DNA of 64,000 bases from positions 40,424,001 to 40,488,000 of the forward strand of contig NW_026262723.1 in assembly GCF_021869535.1 (NCBI RefSeq), in the 5' to 3' direction. The notes below the pieces were generated by a model. It had not been told where the DNA came from, searched no databases, and worked only from the letters and a program-made list of their open reading frames with translations. This DNA is from Mytilus californianus. Its lineage: Eukaryota. Every line of letters begins with the position of its first letter. Position 1 is the stretch's first letter. A program made the position numbers and the translations under genes. Shown piece by piece: positions 39,001 to 52,900 of this stretch.

Positions 39001-42000
39001 GCAATCATACCTCATCTCCTTATTTTATATAAATAATATTAATGATCTTAATATTGGTATAAATATTGATTTTGATATCAGTAAATTAAAAATCAAACTA
39101 TATATATTGTTTGTTTATATACATATTCACATTAATGGCTCTACAATCTGTCGATACCCGTTTCTTGGCATTGCACAAGGTCATGTTTTTCTGTGACTGT
39201 TAATGTTAAATCCATTGGATGTTGAATGTGTACTGATTGATATTTTAGTCTCAGATGCATGATTTTTTTTTATTAATTGTTATTTGTGTTCAACTAGCTG
39301 ACAGTAACTGAAAGAACTCTCAGATCTGTAATTAATGTTCTTTTTTGTTGTTGTGGGGATGTATAAATACCCTGCAACGTCCGGTCATTGTTTTTGTTAG
39401 ATGTCTTTCTGCTTTGTATCGATCTGATGAGTTAAGCCCTTTTCAATATTTATAGTCTGTTCTTAGGTTGCACTGTTACACCACTGTCCCAGGTTAGGCC
39501 TACAAACTAGTTAAACCCCACTACACTCTATATGTGCCTGTCCCAAGTCAGGATCCTGTAATTTGGTGGTTGTCGTTTGTTGCTGTATATCATATTTGCT
39601 TTTCGTTCATTGTTTTGTACCTAAATCAGGCCGTTAGTTTTCTCGTTTGAATTGTTTTACATTTGTCATTTCGTCGCACACCACATTTTCACATTTTTAT
39701 TTTTGTGACGTCAACTGATTCTAGTCATTACCGATGCATGCTCAAAGTTTGAAGACAATTTAAGCGTTTAAATATACAATATTCAAATAAAACAATTTTG
39801 AAAGAGCGCGTCATTAAGGTTCATGTGGGCCCTTTTGCTAAAATGACTGCGTTTTCACCTCCAAATTTAAGTACAGACAAACCTGTGCATCTGGAAAAGT
39901 TTTAAGGCATAGCATGCCCTAGATAAATAAAATTCAAATGCATTGTATGTTTTAGAAAATTGAAAACTTAACTGGATTTTGCAGTGCACTTTTTTTCGTC
40001 CCTGCAGAAGATGATAAAATTAACAAACAGTTGAGTTTCACTTGATATGGTCCACTCATGTACACAGTTTAAATCACCAATTATTGTCAGGTTTCTATTG
40101 TCCATATATTGTCCATGTCAATCGATACAGTTCACTTTAATTATTACATGTGGGGAAGTTCTCAAACCTCTTTCACAACTTAGTTTATTTTGGCACCTTT
40201 TGGAGAAATGAAAAAAAGTGAACTGCAAAATCCTGTTAAGTTTTTAATTTTCTAAAACATAACATATATTTGAATTTTATTTATCTAGGGCATGCTATGC
40301 CTTAAAACTTTTCAAGATACACAGGTTTGTCTGTTCTCAGAGTAAAATTTGAGGTGAAAATGCAGCCATTTTAGTCGAAGGGTCCACATGAACCTTAATG
40401 CCATAATGCTCTCCTGGAATATGTCTTATTTCTGAATTTTTGGTAATAGTAAACTATCGTAATGCCTCGCTATTTCTTGTTCTCCATTCAATATAAGAAA
40501 GGAAGTTTGTTACATTTTTATTTACTATAAAAGTAATCACTTGCCCAAATGTCGATCACGTCATTGTATTCAATGTTACGGAGGATAACATGTACTTTCA
40601 CTTAAGCTTTGAGCGTGAGAGATTTTATATTTACAGAAGAGACTAGAGAAGTACCATCCCATGTGAAATGAAATAGATGAAAATGTTGAAAACTCAAAAC
40701 ATAAAAAACACAAAACTTAAAACCAGAAACGGATACCCTCTCCATGAAAACATGATGCATGTTAATTTCTAATGATATTCCAGGATCTCGCAGAGGCGTA
40801 GAACCAACATATGATAAAATATAAAGGAGAAGGGATCCCTCTCGTTGTTTAACTCTATACATCTAAACAGATCACAGTTCCTACAAATTGATTTGTATCA
40901 TAGTTTCTATCACCGGAATAAACGTTTTTCACTTTATTGCAAGTCAATACTACTGTTTAAAATCATAACAGAAAAGAATCAAACAGAAAAGTAAACAGAA
41001 AATATGCCAGTACGTGATTCTAATCTCTTCACATGTTTCGGAGAGGCATTGGGTACACAAGCTTGCTCCTTATCGGTGCTTCAATTCCAAAAAGAATTTC
41101 CTTCTGTTGGAGAACCGGAATACGCTGCAAGTAATATGTGCATTCTTAAAATTTTATAACGATTTTTTTCAGTCCGTTTGTCGTGTGTTTGATTCAAAAT
41201 TAGCTGAGCCGATGACCTCAGCGGAATCTCATTATTTAATAAGTCACAGTCAGCATGTTGGTATGTATTTTTTTAAGACTACATTCAACAAATAATGTAT
41301 CCAATCTTTCGTGCACGCCTGCATGATATGTGTATGAAAGGGGCTTGGAAATAAGATTATAAAAGTATACACAAGAAGCATATATATATTATATGTTAAA
41401 CTATGAAGCCTTACATTGTCTAAATACTCTTATTTATTTTCTATAAATGTCTCTGTAGAATGCACTTTTATATCAATTTCTGATAAAAAAAGATGTTGAA
41501 AATACATGTTAATGATACCAATCTTTATTTTGTGATGCAAAATTTAAACCAATAATTGAAGATATAATAAGTAATATTTCTTTATGTATTTAAAAATTTG
41601 AATTCCAATAAAAAAAGGATGATTGAAAACACTAAGTTATTTAATTGTTCAACTTGTAAACAGCTACTATTATATGATGAAAAAAAATAAATTCATCATG
41701 GTAATCGGTTTGTTTTTATGAAGCGTTGTTTTATTTTGAAAAAAAAGAGATTCAAATATACTCATGCATATTGATTCAGCTGCTGAAATATTTTAAGTAT
41801 ATTACTCAAAAATTGACTTGTTCATAAATTCCATATAAGAAGTGCACACAACACAATTAGCAATAAAATTTGGAAATCAATATTATGTTTTTGGCGTTTT
41901 CTGATGAAGGTAAATTAAAAGGGCGCTTCGCTTATAAAGTGTTATTCTTATATGGTTATGTAGCTTTTCAAGTAATTTTGCATCCTCTTGGCATACATTT

Positions 42001-44268
42001 TTTCAGCAATCCCAATGAAGGTAAATAAAAAAGGTGCTTCAAATGTATAAAGTTCTATTCTAATTAACATATTACTTTATTTCTTTCACCTTAAAATTAA
42101 TGATATGCAGACAGATGTATAAATTGATACCTTTAAAGACTATCATCTTCCGAGGATATCCTCCATCCAATAACCAGTGCTCCGATATTTGCATGATATG
42201 AAGGACGCATTAAGCATTGGTACCGAAGATTTGATTCTCAATAGCATTGTGCAACACCATCAGACAAAGTTGTCCGCAAATAATTTTTAGGTGTTATGGC
42301 TATTTCAATTTATTTCCTATATTTACACACATTTTATGTCATTTATATTCTAACAAGTCTTGAGTCTTTATGTATACACTTATAATGCAATGTAAAATCG
42401 AGAATGGAAATGGGGAATATGTCAAAGAGACAACATACCGACCAAAGAGCAGACAACAGCCGAAGGCCAGCAATGGGTCTTCAACGCAGCGAGAAAATCC
42501 CGCACCCGGAGGTGTTCCTCAGCTGTCCCCTAAATAAAATTGTGTACTAGTTCAGTGAAAATGGACGTCACACTAAACTCCAAAACATATAAATGAACTA
42601 AAATTAAAAAATCATACAAGACTAACAAAGGCCAGAGGCTCCTGACTTGGGACAGGCGCAAAAATGCGACGGGGTAAAACATGTTTTGTGAGATCTCAAC
42701 CCTCCCCCTATACCTCTTGCCAATATAGAATAAACAAACACATAGCAATACGCGCAGTAAAACTCAGTTTAAAAGAAGTCCGAGTCCGATGTTAGAATAG
42801 GTAACAAAAGAAACTAAGCAAAATGACAATGCTATATAAACGAACAAAGGACTACTAGCAGTTATTGACATGCCAGCTCCAGACCTTAATTAAACTGATT
42901 GAAAGATTATGTCTTCATCATATGAAAATCTAGTACAATCCCTCCCGTTCGGGGTTTAGTATCATACCATCATAAAATATATGAAAAGAACATAACCCGT
43001 ATCATGCCAACAACTGGTTTTAGAATAAATGTGTTTATTTCCGACTCAAAGACCCTATGAGTGAATCAATATTAATACCAAAATATGCAATCTTTAATGA
43101 CTTGACAACAGTATCGTAACTATATCCTTTCCGAATAAGTCTGTTTAAAGGTTTGGTTAGCTTTTGAGGTGAATGCCGACATTTTTGTGCTTTGTAAAGA
43201 ATATTACCATAAAATATTGGATGTGAAATACCTGAACGTATAAGATGTCTGCATGTTGATTTATATTTACGAATGATGTCCTTGTACCGATGATAACATT
43301 TAGTAAAATAAGCAATCAAGGTTTGAAGAAGTAGGTTCCATACTACAGAAAATGTCAGATATTTCAAAGAACGTGTTCTTATATATATATATATATATCT
43401 TTACTAGATCCAGGCCTAAGATTAGATAAAACCCCTTCTTGAAAATATCAAAATAGTTTTTCAAACTTTGCAGGAGGAAACTTTTGGATTGGCATATCAG
43501 ATATAATTGATGAAGATAGATGGGTATACTCAACCGGACAAATACCGATAAAAGTTAATGATTTTCAACCGGGAGAACCTAATGCACATACTTCTGCAAA
43601 TTGTGTGGCATTATGGGCTGGTCACCATGGATACTGGGCAGATGAGGACTGTCTTGCAAGACGGCAATTCATTTGTGAGACAGATAATGAGTAAGGTTAT
43701 TTAAGAATAAGAACCCCCTCCCCAATAAAAGTAAAAAAGCAAACTCAATCAAATCTTGGAAGTGTGTTTTTTTTTTAATTACACACAGCAAACTTTATTC
43801 ACACCGTATTTTATGTTGGCACTGGCCTAAATATTTAAAATCATGACAGGAAAAGTTCAATATCAAATATTGCCAACCCTTACACAGTTTGTGATAGCAA
43901 CTTTTCCTACAATTTCAATTTACCTACAGCATGTGCATATTAAGTTCGCCTGAATTTTATAGACAGCGCATTTCAAATATAATCATCTTATGACGATGAA
44001 GTCTGACACAATATTCGGGATACGAAGCGTTTCATAATTGTACAAAATCCTTTTTTACTTCAAGACTGATACATACACTATTCATGAAATGTAAAAATTC
44101 AAAAAGGTTAACATTTTAGCTGATAAATGTTTGATATCAGATAGGAATAACATCTATCCGTCCACACCGGAATGCACGGTAGTATTACTAATTATTGACC
44201 TTAATGGGCATTCTCAAATGTAGCTTTTTTTTCTTTGTAGATCTACAGGGTCACAAATTGTTGGTTGA
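33021..44268 (+). CDS. C-type lectin 3 (perlucin-like, secreted, subtype I, EPN/WAD), predicted 156 aa
   Basis: Exons 33021-33078 (MGIQVINFVVFLCCFSSIS), 37917-37996 (CKNGWTQFGNKCYFFSHQVEPWTDAM), 41173-41260 (SVCRVFDSKLAEPMTSAESHYLISHSQHV), 43474-43690 (GNFWIGISDIIDEDRW...PGEPN...NCVALW...WADEDC...FICETDN), 44241-44268 (STGSQIVG*). AATAAA at 44304-44309. Open frame with canonical splice sites. Confidence 0.88.
33341..35043. repeat. Minisatellite/satellite array, 17 copies of a 100-bp unit, in CTL3 intron 1
   Basis: Unit atatacgtctatgtcagatagacttaatccaacgacaaacacatttaaccaaaagacctttagcgggaaacatacagtcttcaacattagacaggtgtct starts at 33341, 33441 ... 34241, then 34340 ... 34940 after a 1-bp deletion in unit 10. 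Confidence 0.97.
37431..37890 (+). mobile_element. 5'-truncated Penelope-like element 3' end (other partial copies at 19240-19370-, 20260-20460-, 28770-29000-, 32490-32730-, 37160-37370-, 44390-44760+, 50570-50930+, 60655-60830+)
   Basis: Encodes the RT C-terminus remnant RKLSNQEFQVVKLKSSLRKF*GRHHELVDRYGISVSQM, then the conserved tail ...ggagcacctgagatcacc...ggggttcgtgttgctcagtc...ggtatctttcgcctctcttt. Confidence 0.8.
39814..40398. mobile_element. Foldback MITE with ~175-bp inverted arms and TTAA target site (Kolobok-like GG...CC termini)
   Basis: TTAA|GGTTCATGTGGGCCC ... GGGTCCACATGAACC|TTAA. The arms include acagacaaacctgtg/cacaggtttgtctgt and aaggcatagcatgccctagataaataaaattcaaat with its complement. 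Confidence 0.85.
42393..43308 (-). mobile_element. Penelope-like element, RT C-terminus plus 3' UTR, 5'-truncated (same family as 57210-58965)
   Basis: ORF 43035-43367(-) contains FTKCYHRYKDIIRKYKSTCRHLIRSGISHPIFYGNILYKAQK...SLKIAYFG, nearly identical to the + copy at 58050-58320. The 3' UTRs also match. Confidence 0.9.
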
Positions 44269-45129
44269 CAATTTGATGTAATATATGATGATGCAGATAT
44301 ATCAATAAAACTATGTCCGCACTTTCGCACTATATTTTGGTTTTTTATCTATCCATTTCCTGAAAATCTCGGGTTGATTCCCTTTGTAAATTTTACCGAC
44401 GCAATCACGAGTTGGTTGACCGTTATGGAATATCTGTTTCACAGATGACGACGGATATGTTCCAATTGTAGTAACTACAACCCTGTCCTCTTGTCCCCGA
44501 ATGTAACCTACCGATCTAGGCTTATCATCGGGTTTGAACTTGCATGGGCAACGTTAATATGACGGGTGCCACATAATGATCAGGATCTGCTTACCTGTCT
44601 GGAGCACTGATATCACCTCATGTTTTTGATGGGATTTGTGATGCTCAGTCTTTACTTTTCTATGTTTTGCTTTGTGTACTGTTGTTTGACTTTTGGTCTT
44701 TTTCAGTTTTGCCATGGTGTTGTAAGTTTATTTTCGACTTTACGTTTGAATGTACCTTTGGTACAAGTGAGAGGTTAAGCTAGCTATAAAACCAGGTTTA
44801 ATCAACCATTTTCTATATAAAGAAATGCCTGTACCAAGTCTGGAATATGACAGTTGTTTACCATTCGTTAAATGTGTTTGAGCTTTTGATTTTGCCATTT
44901 TATAAAGGACTTTCCTTGGAGTTCTGTATTTTTGTTATTTTACCTTTTAGTATATTTCGCTTTTCTTTTGCTGGGTACATAAACTTAACAAGAACCTATA
45001 CAAACAACGATATATAGTCTGGTCATCTTTATGTTTCACAAAACATCATTCTTATGTTTGTACTACAATGTTTTCTACAATAAAAGATGGCATCAAGAAT
45101 AGTGGTGTTCGAATTTACGAACATATATT

Positions 45130-45770
45130 TTGGTTTTCTATCTTTCCATTTCGTATCGTTCCATTATTCGTGATCAATTCACCACTTCAAAATGTCCAAA
45201 AAATACTTCCATTATCGTTACAAATCTTACAGACTGCTGGAAGTACTTATGGACATTGCTAATTACAGACCATCAACACCGTGTAACTTCTTTCAAAGAT
45301 GATGTTAAAAGTTTTTGAAAGTAAAATTTGCTGATAAGATTTTGGATGCTATGAATAGTAGCAATATTGTCCACCACAAATCTGTACAGAAAGTAATACC
45401 CGATTACTTAAAAGATAAATCTACGGAATATCCGTTTCACAGATGACAACGGATATGTTCCAATTGTCGTAACTACAATCCCGTTCCCCTTTATTCCTGA
45501 TTGTGACCTACCGAATTAGACCTATCACCGGGTTTGTACTAACATGAGCAACACGACAGGTGCCACATGTGGAGCAGGATCTGCTTACCCCTCCAGAGCA
45601 CCTGAGATCACCCCGAATTTTTTATGGGGTTCGTGTTGCTCAGTCTCATGTTATCTATGTTGTATTTTGTGTACTGTTGCTTGTTTGTCTTTGTCTTTTT
45701 TAGCATTGCTTTGTCAGTTTATTTTCGACTTATGAGTTTGAATGACCCTTATGTATCCTTCGCCTCTCTT
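45130..45770 (+). mobile_element. Internally deleted Penelope-like element (upstream ORF remnant fused to the 3' tail)
   Basis: 45320-45425 translates KFADKILDAMNSSNIVHHKSVQKVIPDYLKDKS, which resembles from memory the pre-RT region of these PLEs. It is joined directly to ggaatatccgtttcacagatg and the 3' tail. Confidence 0.55.
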
Positions 45771-46892
45771 CTACACCTATCATTTCTTTTACCTTCAACA
45801 CACCATAGCATCCAAAATGATAATCACAAGAGGACATTAGAGACCTTTGTCCATATGGATCCAAACCTCCAGACTGCTGGCGTCAATGGTTCGCATATAA
45901 ATATGGTTCTGCTTATCAAAAATGAACTAGGGACATATGCATGTTCCCTACAGGAGGTCTTGGCGTGGTATGGCGCCCTCCCTTTTTCTTGACGCCCTTC
46001 CTTTTAAAACAAATTGTCGCCATGTCCCTTTTCCATCGTATTTTATAACGCCCTGTCGTTATTTAAGATTGGTTCTGCGATTCATCTTTTAATAAGACAA
46101 TTTTGAGTCATTTTCCTTTGGACGAAATTAAAGTTATAATGGCTAACATTTTATTGAACTTCTTGAAGCGACCGAGTACAATTATGGTTTCATGATTGAA
46201 TCTGATAAGGACAACATCGACTTTGCGGCTTTTATTTTAGGCAATTAAAAAGGGAATCAGGCAATTGTTTGGGTTATAATTTTACGATTCAATGGATGAA
46301 CATTACGTACTAAACAATCAGCTGTTTGTATATTTTCTGATTCTGATTTCTTTAACTATTTGATCGTTCGAGACGTCGGATTTGGTTTGAATTTACGACA
46401 GCTTTCTTACTGTTATAAATTAAAGTTAAGAGAATATATGATATAGTTCTGATTAGTTCCAAAAATCAACACCGTTAAAAAAAAAACAAAAAAAAACCCA
46501 CAAAATTAGAAGGAAAAAAAAGAAGATTAATGGCCTAAAGTTTTGTACATTTATGAGTCAAGATAATGTAAGAGTTTATTAGTATAAACATGTCAGATCC
46601 AAACTAATTCTTTTGTGCAGCTAAAAAATCAATGCATATGCTCTTGGGCATGCAAGTCTTAACACTTTCAACACTTTCACAACACATTCTTAGACAATCA
46701 GGGACCCAGTTTTAAAATTTATAACTGAACTTATTGTTTAAAATAAGGCAGTTGTATTGTCAAATTCTATTAGCTGAGTCTAAAAATGAAAATCCTATTG
46801 CAAAAAGAAATTGAAATATTGTCTCAATATACGTATACATATCTTTATTTCTTACCATTAAATATTAAACAATTGTTTATTTCTATTAATTA

Positions 46893-47260
46893 GATATGAG
46901 AAGATGTGGTATAAGTGCCAATGAGACAACTCTCCATCCAAGTCACAATTTGTAAAAGTAAACCGTTATACGTCAAAGTACGGCCTTCAACACGGAGCCT
47001 TGGTTCACACCAAACAGCATGCTATAAAGGGCCCCAAAAAATGACTAGTGTAAAACCATTTAAACAGGAAAACCAACGGCCTAATCTATATAAAAAACGA
47101 AAAACGAGAAACATTTATGAACCACATCAACACACGACAACCACTGAACATCAGGTTCCTGACTTAGGACAGGTACAAACAAATGCAGCGGGTTTAAACG
47201 TTTTAATAGGCGCCAACATTCACCCTACCTGAAACAATAGTGTAACATCACAACATATTA
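46893..47260 (-). repeat. High-copy interspersed repeat (solo copy of the segment that begins each 61.7-64 kb array unit)
   Basis: gaagatgtggtataagtgccaatgagacaactctccatccaagtcacaatttgtaaaag...ggcgccaacattcaccctacctgaaacaatagtgtaacatcacaac matches 61690-62030. Confidence 0.85.
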
Positions 47261-49939
47261 AACCTCTATCCATAACAGTGTCTTTATATCTACGTTTAGG
47301 ATGCCCTAAAAGGGTTGTCCACCATGTATACGATGACCTTAAAGTGGCGTGCTAAGAGTGCCCTCTTAGAACAATTACTATGCCGTTTTAAAAAGGGGCG
47401 GCCATCGTAAACAATAATCAACTTAATGAGTTATTAGCCAAATGCCCGAAACATCAAATTTCCAAACCAATACAGTGGAATACGAAATTCAGGATACTAA
47501 TTGAAACAGCTAGTGATTATCACGAAAAATGGGTCACGGGAGATCCAGATGAACCAAAACTGGACATTTTATCAAATGATCAATGCTGTTCGAGCATGAA
47601 TTCAGAAGCGAATGAAAAAAATATGATGCATCATGATCACATTGGTTTCTAACCCATGAAAAACTGATGTATGCTTTATCCTTTTTAATGACAAAAATGT
47701 TGTTTCAGCAGACATAACCTCAAGCAGTATTATGAAAAAATCTTTATTTTGGAATGCTTAACGGTAGAGGGAATTTTAAAAACAAAATTATGTGTTCTAT
47801 TCTTTAGAAACTTTTTTCTTAATACATACACATTAAAGAATCTTTACAAATAACGATATGTAGACGCATTATCTGGATGTTTCCCAAAATACCTTACTAC
47901 AGTTCATACTACCATTACTTCTACAGTAAAAGTTGACATTCAAATATAGTGTGATGAGGTCACCAATCAGATGAAAATTGTAAAACAATTCTGAAGATCT
48001 ATTCAGCGATCTTCAATCACAACCACTGCAACTTTGCATGAACACCCCCATTTTTTTTATTTCAATGCGCTCTGCACTTCTTTTCCCCGCGCTTAACTGA
48101 ATGATCGACTACATCTTCTCATTATACAGTGCTTTCTGTACAAAAATATGAATAGTCGTCTAATCTATAAATTTACCGATTGTGTCCTCATTTGACTTAG
48201 TGAAATCGCACAGCGGGTGCTGATTGCAAAGCAGGAGACGCTTGCCCTGTCGACACACCCGGTCTCGCTTTTAGAGTTCATTTGATTCCCGCAGGTTTTG
48301 CTATTATATATCGATTTTTTAATGGATTTATGACATTTGAACATCGGTAATCTACAGTAATCTCTTATTAAAATGTATGGCCTATTTTAAACTCGTCTAT
48401 ATTATCAATGTGAAATAAGGATTTGCATCTATCCTACAGAATATGAAGAACATTTCAATCATGAATTCTATATCTTATGGGACGAGATTCCTATTCTAAC
48501 CACACAAGTTGTCTTTCTTTGTTTGAAATCCGGGGGATTCCTCTTGTTTAATTCTGATGTTTGTGCTTACACTAGGGCGTATTTAGGTAAACAACCTTCA
48601 TATCGACTGCATGATTTCCTCAGGTGTAACGAAATGGAATAACGCAGGTTTCGGTGTCGCAATCGTAAGCTATGAAACTTTCTGCATTGTAGAAAAAGGC
48701 AGTGAGAGCTGGGGCCAACAAACTAGTTTAACCCCGCCACAGTTTGTATCTACCTGTCCTAAGTCAGGAGCCTGTAATTCAGTGGTTGTAGTTTGTTGCT
48801 GTATATCATATTTGTTCTTCGTTCATTGTTTTGTACATAAATCAGGCCGTTAGTTTTCTCGTTTGAATTGTTTTACATTTGTCATTTCGGGGCCTTTAAT
48901 AGCAGACTATGCGTATGGTTTTGCTGATTGTTGTAGGCCGTACGGTGACCTATAGTTGTAAACTTCTATGTTGATTGGTCTCTGGTGGAGAGATGTCTCA
49001 TTGGCAATCATACCACATCTTCATACTTTTATATTAAGGCATTACAAGAAACTGTCAACGTCATGTTGAGAGGGAAATATACTGTGAGACCTATTGTATT
49101 AGCACTTGTATACTGTAGACTTGTGTGTTGACCTTCAAATAATTGCGACAGACTTCTTTCAAATTTTCTCCTAACTCCTGCATAAAGTTAAGGTTAACGT
49201 ACATGAACTATTTTATTACAGAAATCATTGTGGAGCAATATATTGATTATATCAAGTGGCCGATCTTTTTTTGTATAAAAACCGATAACCAGGTATAACT
49301 CAACATTTTCTTTGGAAAAGAGGGATATACCTGTACCTAGTCAGAGATATATATATAACAGTTTTTGTGCATTCTTTCCATTGGTTGTAATAGTCGAGAG
49401 TTTGAAGTTGTCAGGTTTTATGGGCATGTCAGAAGAATTTGAGCTAGCAGTATATGGATCTAAATTCAACATACAATGAACAATTTGTTGTTAATACACT
49501 AATTATTACATGATTGACAAAGTTTTAAGTAAACACATTGCAGATTGTATGAATGACATGACATTAACTTCTATCAATAGGAAAATATTGAATACTAAAT
49601 AGTCTTATCAGCCTATTCCTTCGTAAGGAGACACAACACAAACAAATTTCAATTGACTGCATGGTATACCACAGAATAATTTGTTTAATAAAAATAAGAT
49701 TTGCAGCTCTATACACAAAATTTTGGTGTTTCAAAGAACACGTAGTATCGTTTCTTAAGTAGAGAATAAAATATCCTTATTTCTAATTCTTATGATTTCA
49801 AAAGTCACAGAGAATGTATAAGCATGAAGATAAGACATCTAGATAATAATGAACTATGCATGTTGAATCAATAAATTTGTGACGTAGAAGACAACCTTTA
49901 AACTAAGCTAGTATCTTATTACTTTACAAACAACTTGAG

Positions 49940-52900
49940 ATGAACGTGATTGTTTTTGTGGTGTTTCTATGTTGTGTGTCTTCTATCAGTTGTGAGTTAC
50001 CGTACAATTAAGTTGCAGTCACAGATTTTTAAAAGCAATTCCAACAAGGCATATTAACTAAATATGAATAAGGAAAATTAAATGCATGTTATTTTCTAAA
50101 ATATAATTGAATTATTTAAATGTCACGTATATTCATATTTGTATCAAATGCACGTAAAATCGATATAAAACATTCTTAAATTTATATGAAAATTATGAAT
50201 TTTAATAGACTAATCCATTCGAAGCTTTACAAAAATGGCATCTTGAAGCTTGGTTTGAAAAAGGTGGAATGAAATTCAATATCATTTGACACCGATTAAA
50301 CGGAGTTCGCTCAATTTCTGTTTAGTAAACTCATACATCTATATATCATATAATTTTAATTTAAGCATGTTACAAAAGTCTTGTGTGGTATATGAAAAAT
50401 CAAATGGTAATAGTCCCAGCTTCATCTAAAATATCTCTTCTGTTTATGTATTTTGAGCTGTTTTAGTTAGGGATCTTAATATTTATGTTGTTTGAGTGCA
50501 AACCTGATGAAGGTTAGTACACAAAATCTTTTTTAAAGCGGTGACATATTTTATTGTTTTACTTTACATGCTTTTTGGTTGACCGTTAAGGAACATCAGC
50601 GTCACAAATAACAATACCACGGCTATGTTCGATTTGTCGTAACAATTATCCCGTCATCTGTTCAACGATTGTGACATCACCAAATGAGAATAATCACCGA
50701 TTTCATACATACCATGAGCAACATGACGGGTGCCACTAGTAAAACAGGATCCGTTTACCATTCCAGAGCAGCTGGGATCACTCTAGGTTTTTTATTGGGG
50801 CTCGTGATACTTAGTCTTTAAGTTTTCTATGTAGTGTTTTGGACTTCTTTGTCTTTTCGTCGTCTTTCGATTGTTGGGCATTGTTAGTTTTCATTCGACT
50901 TATGAGTTTAGAGTGCCCCTTTGTATCTTTAGTCTTTTTATCATAATCTAGTTATCAATCATTGTAAAATAAGTCTTTAGAAACAATGTATCCATGTGCG
51001 ACGTGCTACGTAGAGAAATCTCATAATATTTTCATAACGTTTAATATTATAGGATTTATCAATATGTATTTGTATATTTAATACTGAGTAATAGAAAATA
51101 GTATAATAACCGACGGCCACGATCTTCAACAATCGAGGCGAACACGAGACAAGCGATGCAGGTTATGCAGGATAAAAAATAACAGTTGCACGTTTCATTT
51201 GTACTTAAATGTTGGTGAACATGCTTTACTCCATAACAATATGACTTTAAGTATCATAAAATCTGTCTATTGTTTTTTTTTCTATTCTATAGGTTGCATG
51301 AATGGATGGACACAATTTGAAAACAGGTGCTATTTGTTCAGTCGGCAGGTGGAATCGTGGATTGAAGCATCGGTTAGTGGATTGCAGGATTGTTTGCTGC
51401 TTACAGAATTTCAAATGTTTATCTCTTTTTATTCAATTATTGTTCATCGTGATTTTAAATCTCATGTTCATAGACTAACTTTGAAATAACGAATAGTACA
51501 TGCTTGTAACTACCGAATCAAGGCAATTTGTCCTATAGAATAAGACTTTAGAATGTGTTTTTATACAGGAAGTTCTCTTGCATAAATCTTTTATAATTAT
51601 TGGTCTATCTGTAACACTCGAGTTGTCCACCCAGTCAGTTTGATATGTTTTTTTAAAGACAGTTTGTGGTGGATTTCATTCTAAACTTGCTGAGCCAATG
51701 AATACCAACACATCTCATTTCTTGATAAGTCACAGTCAGATCATAGGTATGTTTTAATAGAATAAGGAGCATGAAAAGAGACGATAACAACACACAAAAA
51801 AAAACACAAAAAACAACAAAAAACAACATTACACAATGAAATGATTTGATGACCATATAACAAGGGAACAAATATGTTTTACTTTACTTTATCCTAACAA
51901 CTTCTGCATGGCCATGAACAAATCCCCTCTTCTCTATTAAAGCCTAATAATTAAAAAATTGCCACATCACTCCAGCTTTCATGGATCTTACTTAACTGCT
52001 AAAATATTCTTAAAGAGACATTTTTGTCAGCTGAAAATTGCTAACAGAACAAACTTATAGCCGTGGGCTTGTATACAACAAGGTGAATCAACATTATATT
52101 TACAATTAACTTAGAAGATTATTTAAGTATGTTCAAATTCAAATGCACGTAAAATGAATACACAATTTAAAATTATTACATATATCACAGATATATTGAA
52201 AATAGTGGGAATGGGTGGACGGAAATCAAACATTACATTCTGCAAGTCTGCATAACTGAAATTGAAATTCATGAAACGCTGATAAATGTGGATTTTCTTA
52301 TTGTTTCAACGATGTAGATGTCAACAGATGTGAAGGAGAAGACATTCAAAATAACCCTGAAAAACCGTTACAACAAAGATATAAAACATAGAATAATAGT
52401 TGACAGTTTTACAGATAAAAAAATTAAAAGCATGCGCATCGCAAAATTTTTACTTTAGGAAAAAAAAGAAAAACATATACCATGTTATCTTGCCTCTACC
52501 TTAGACACATAAAAGTAATACGCATTTTATTGAATTGATTTACTTCGAAGGCGGTACCTTCTGGATAGGCATATCAGATATAATTCAAGAGGGAAAATGG
52601 ATATACTCAACCAGACAGATTCCGATAAAAGTCAACAATTTTCAACCAGGGGAACCAAATGCTGGGACGGCTGCCAATTGTGTCGCTTTGTGGGCTGGCT
52701 TCTATGGGTATTGGGCAGATGAGAACTGTCTTGTAAGATACCAGTTCATTTGTGAAGCAGATAATAAGTAAGATTATTGGGGGAATACAATAATGCAAAC
52801 ACTATACGAAACATAAGTTAAAACAAAAAATGAACCAGATAAAAATAAATATCGATCCTTTAAAGAAAATTATTCTAAAAGGTTATCAATTCAACACTGT

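Noticed and set aside
42110-42290. Possible Harbinger transposase remnant on the minus strand (WLLDGGYP)
   Set aside because: A single short motif in a stop-interrupted frame; too weak to support.
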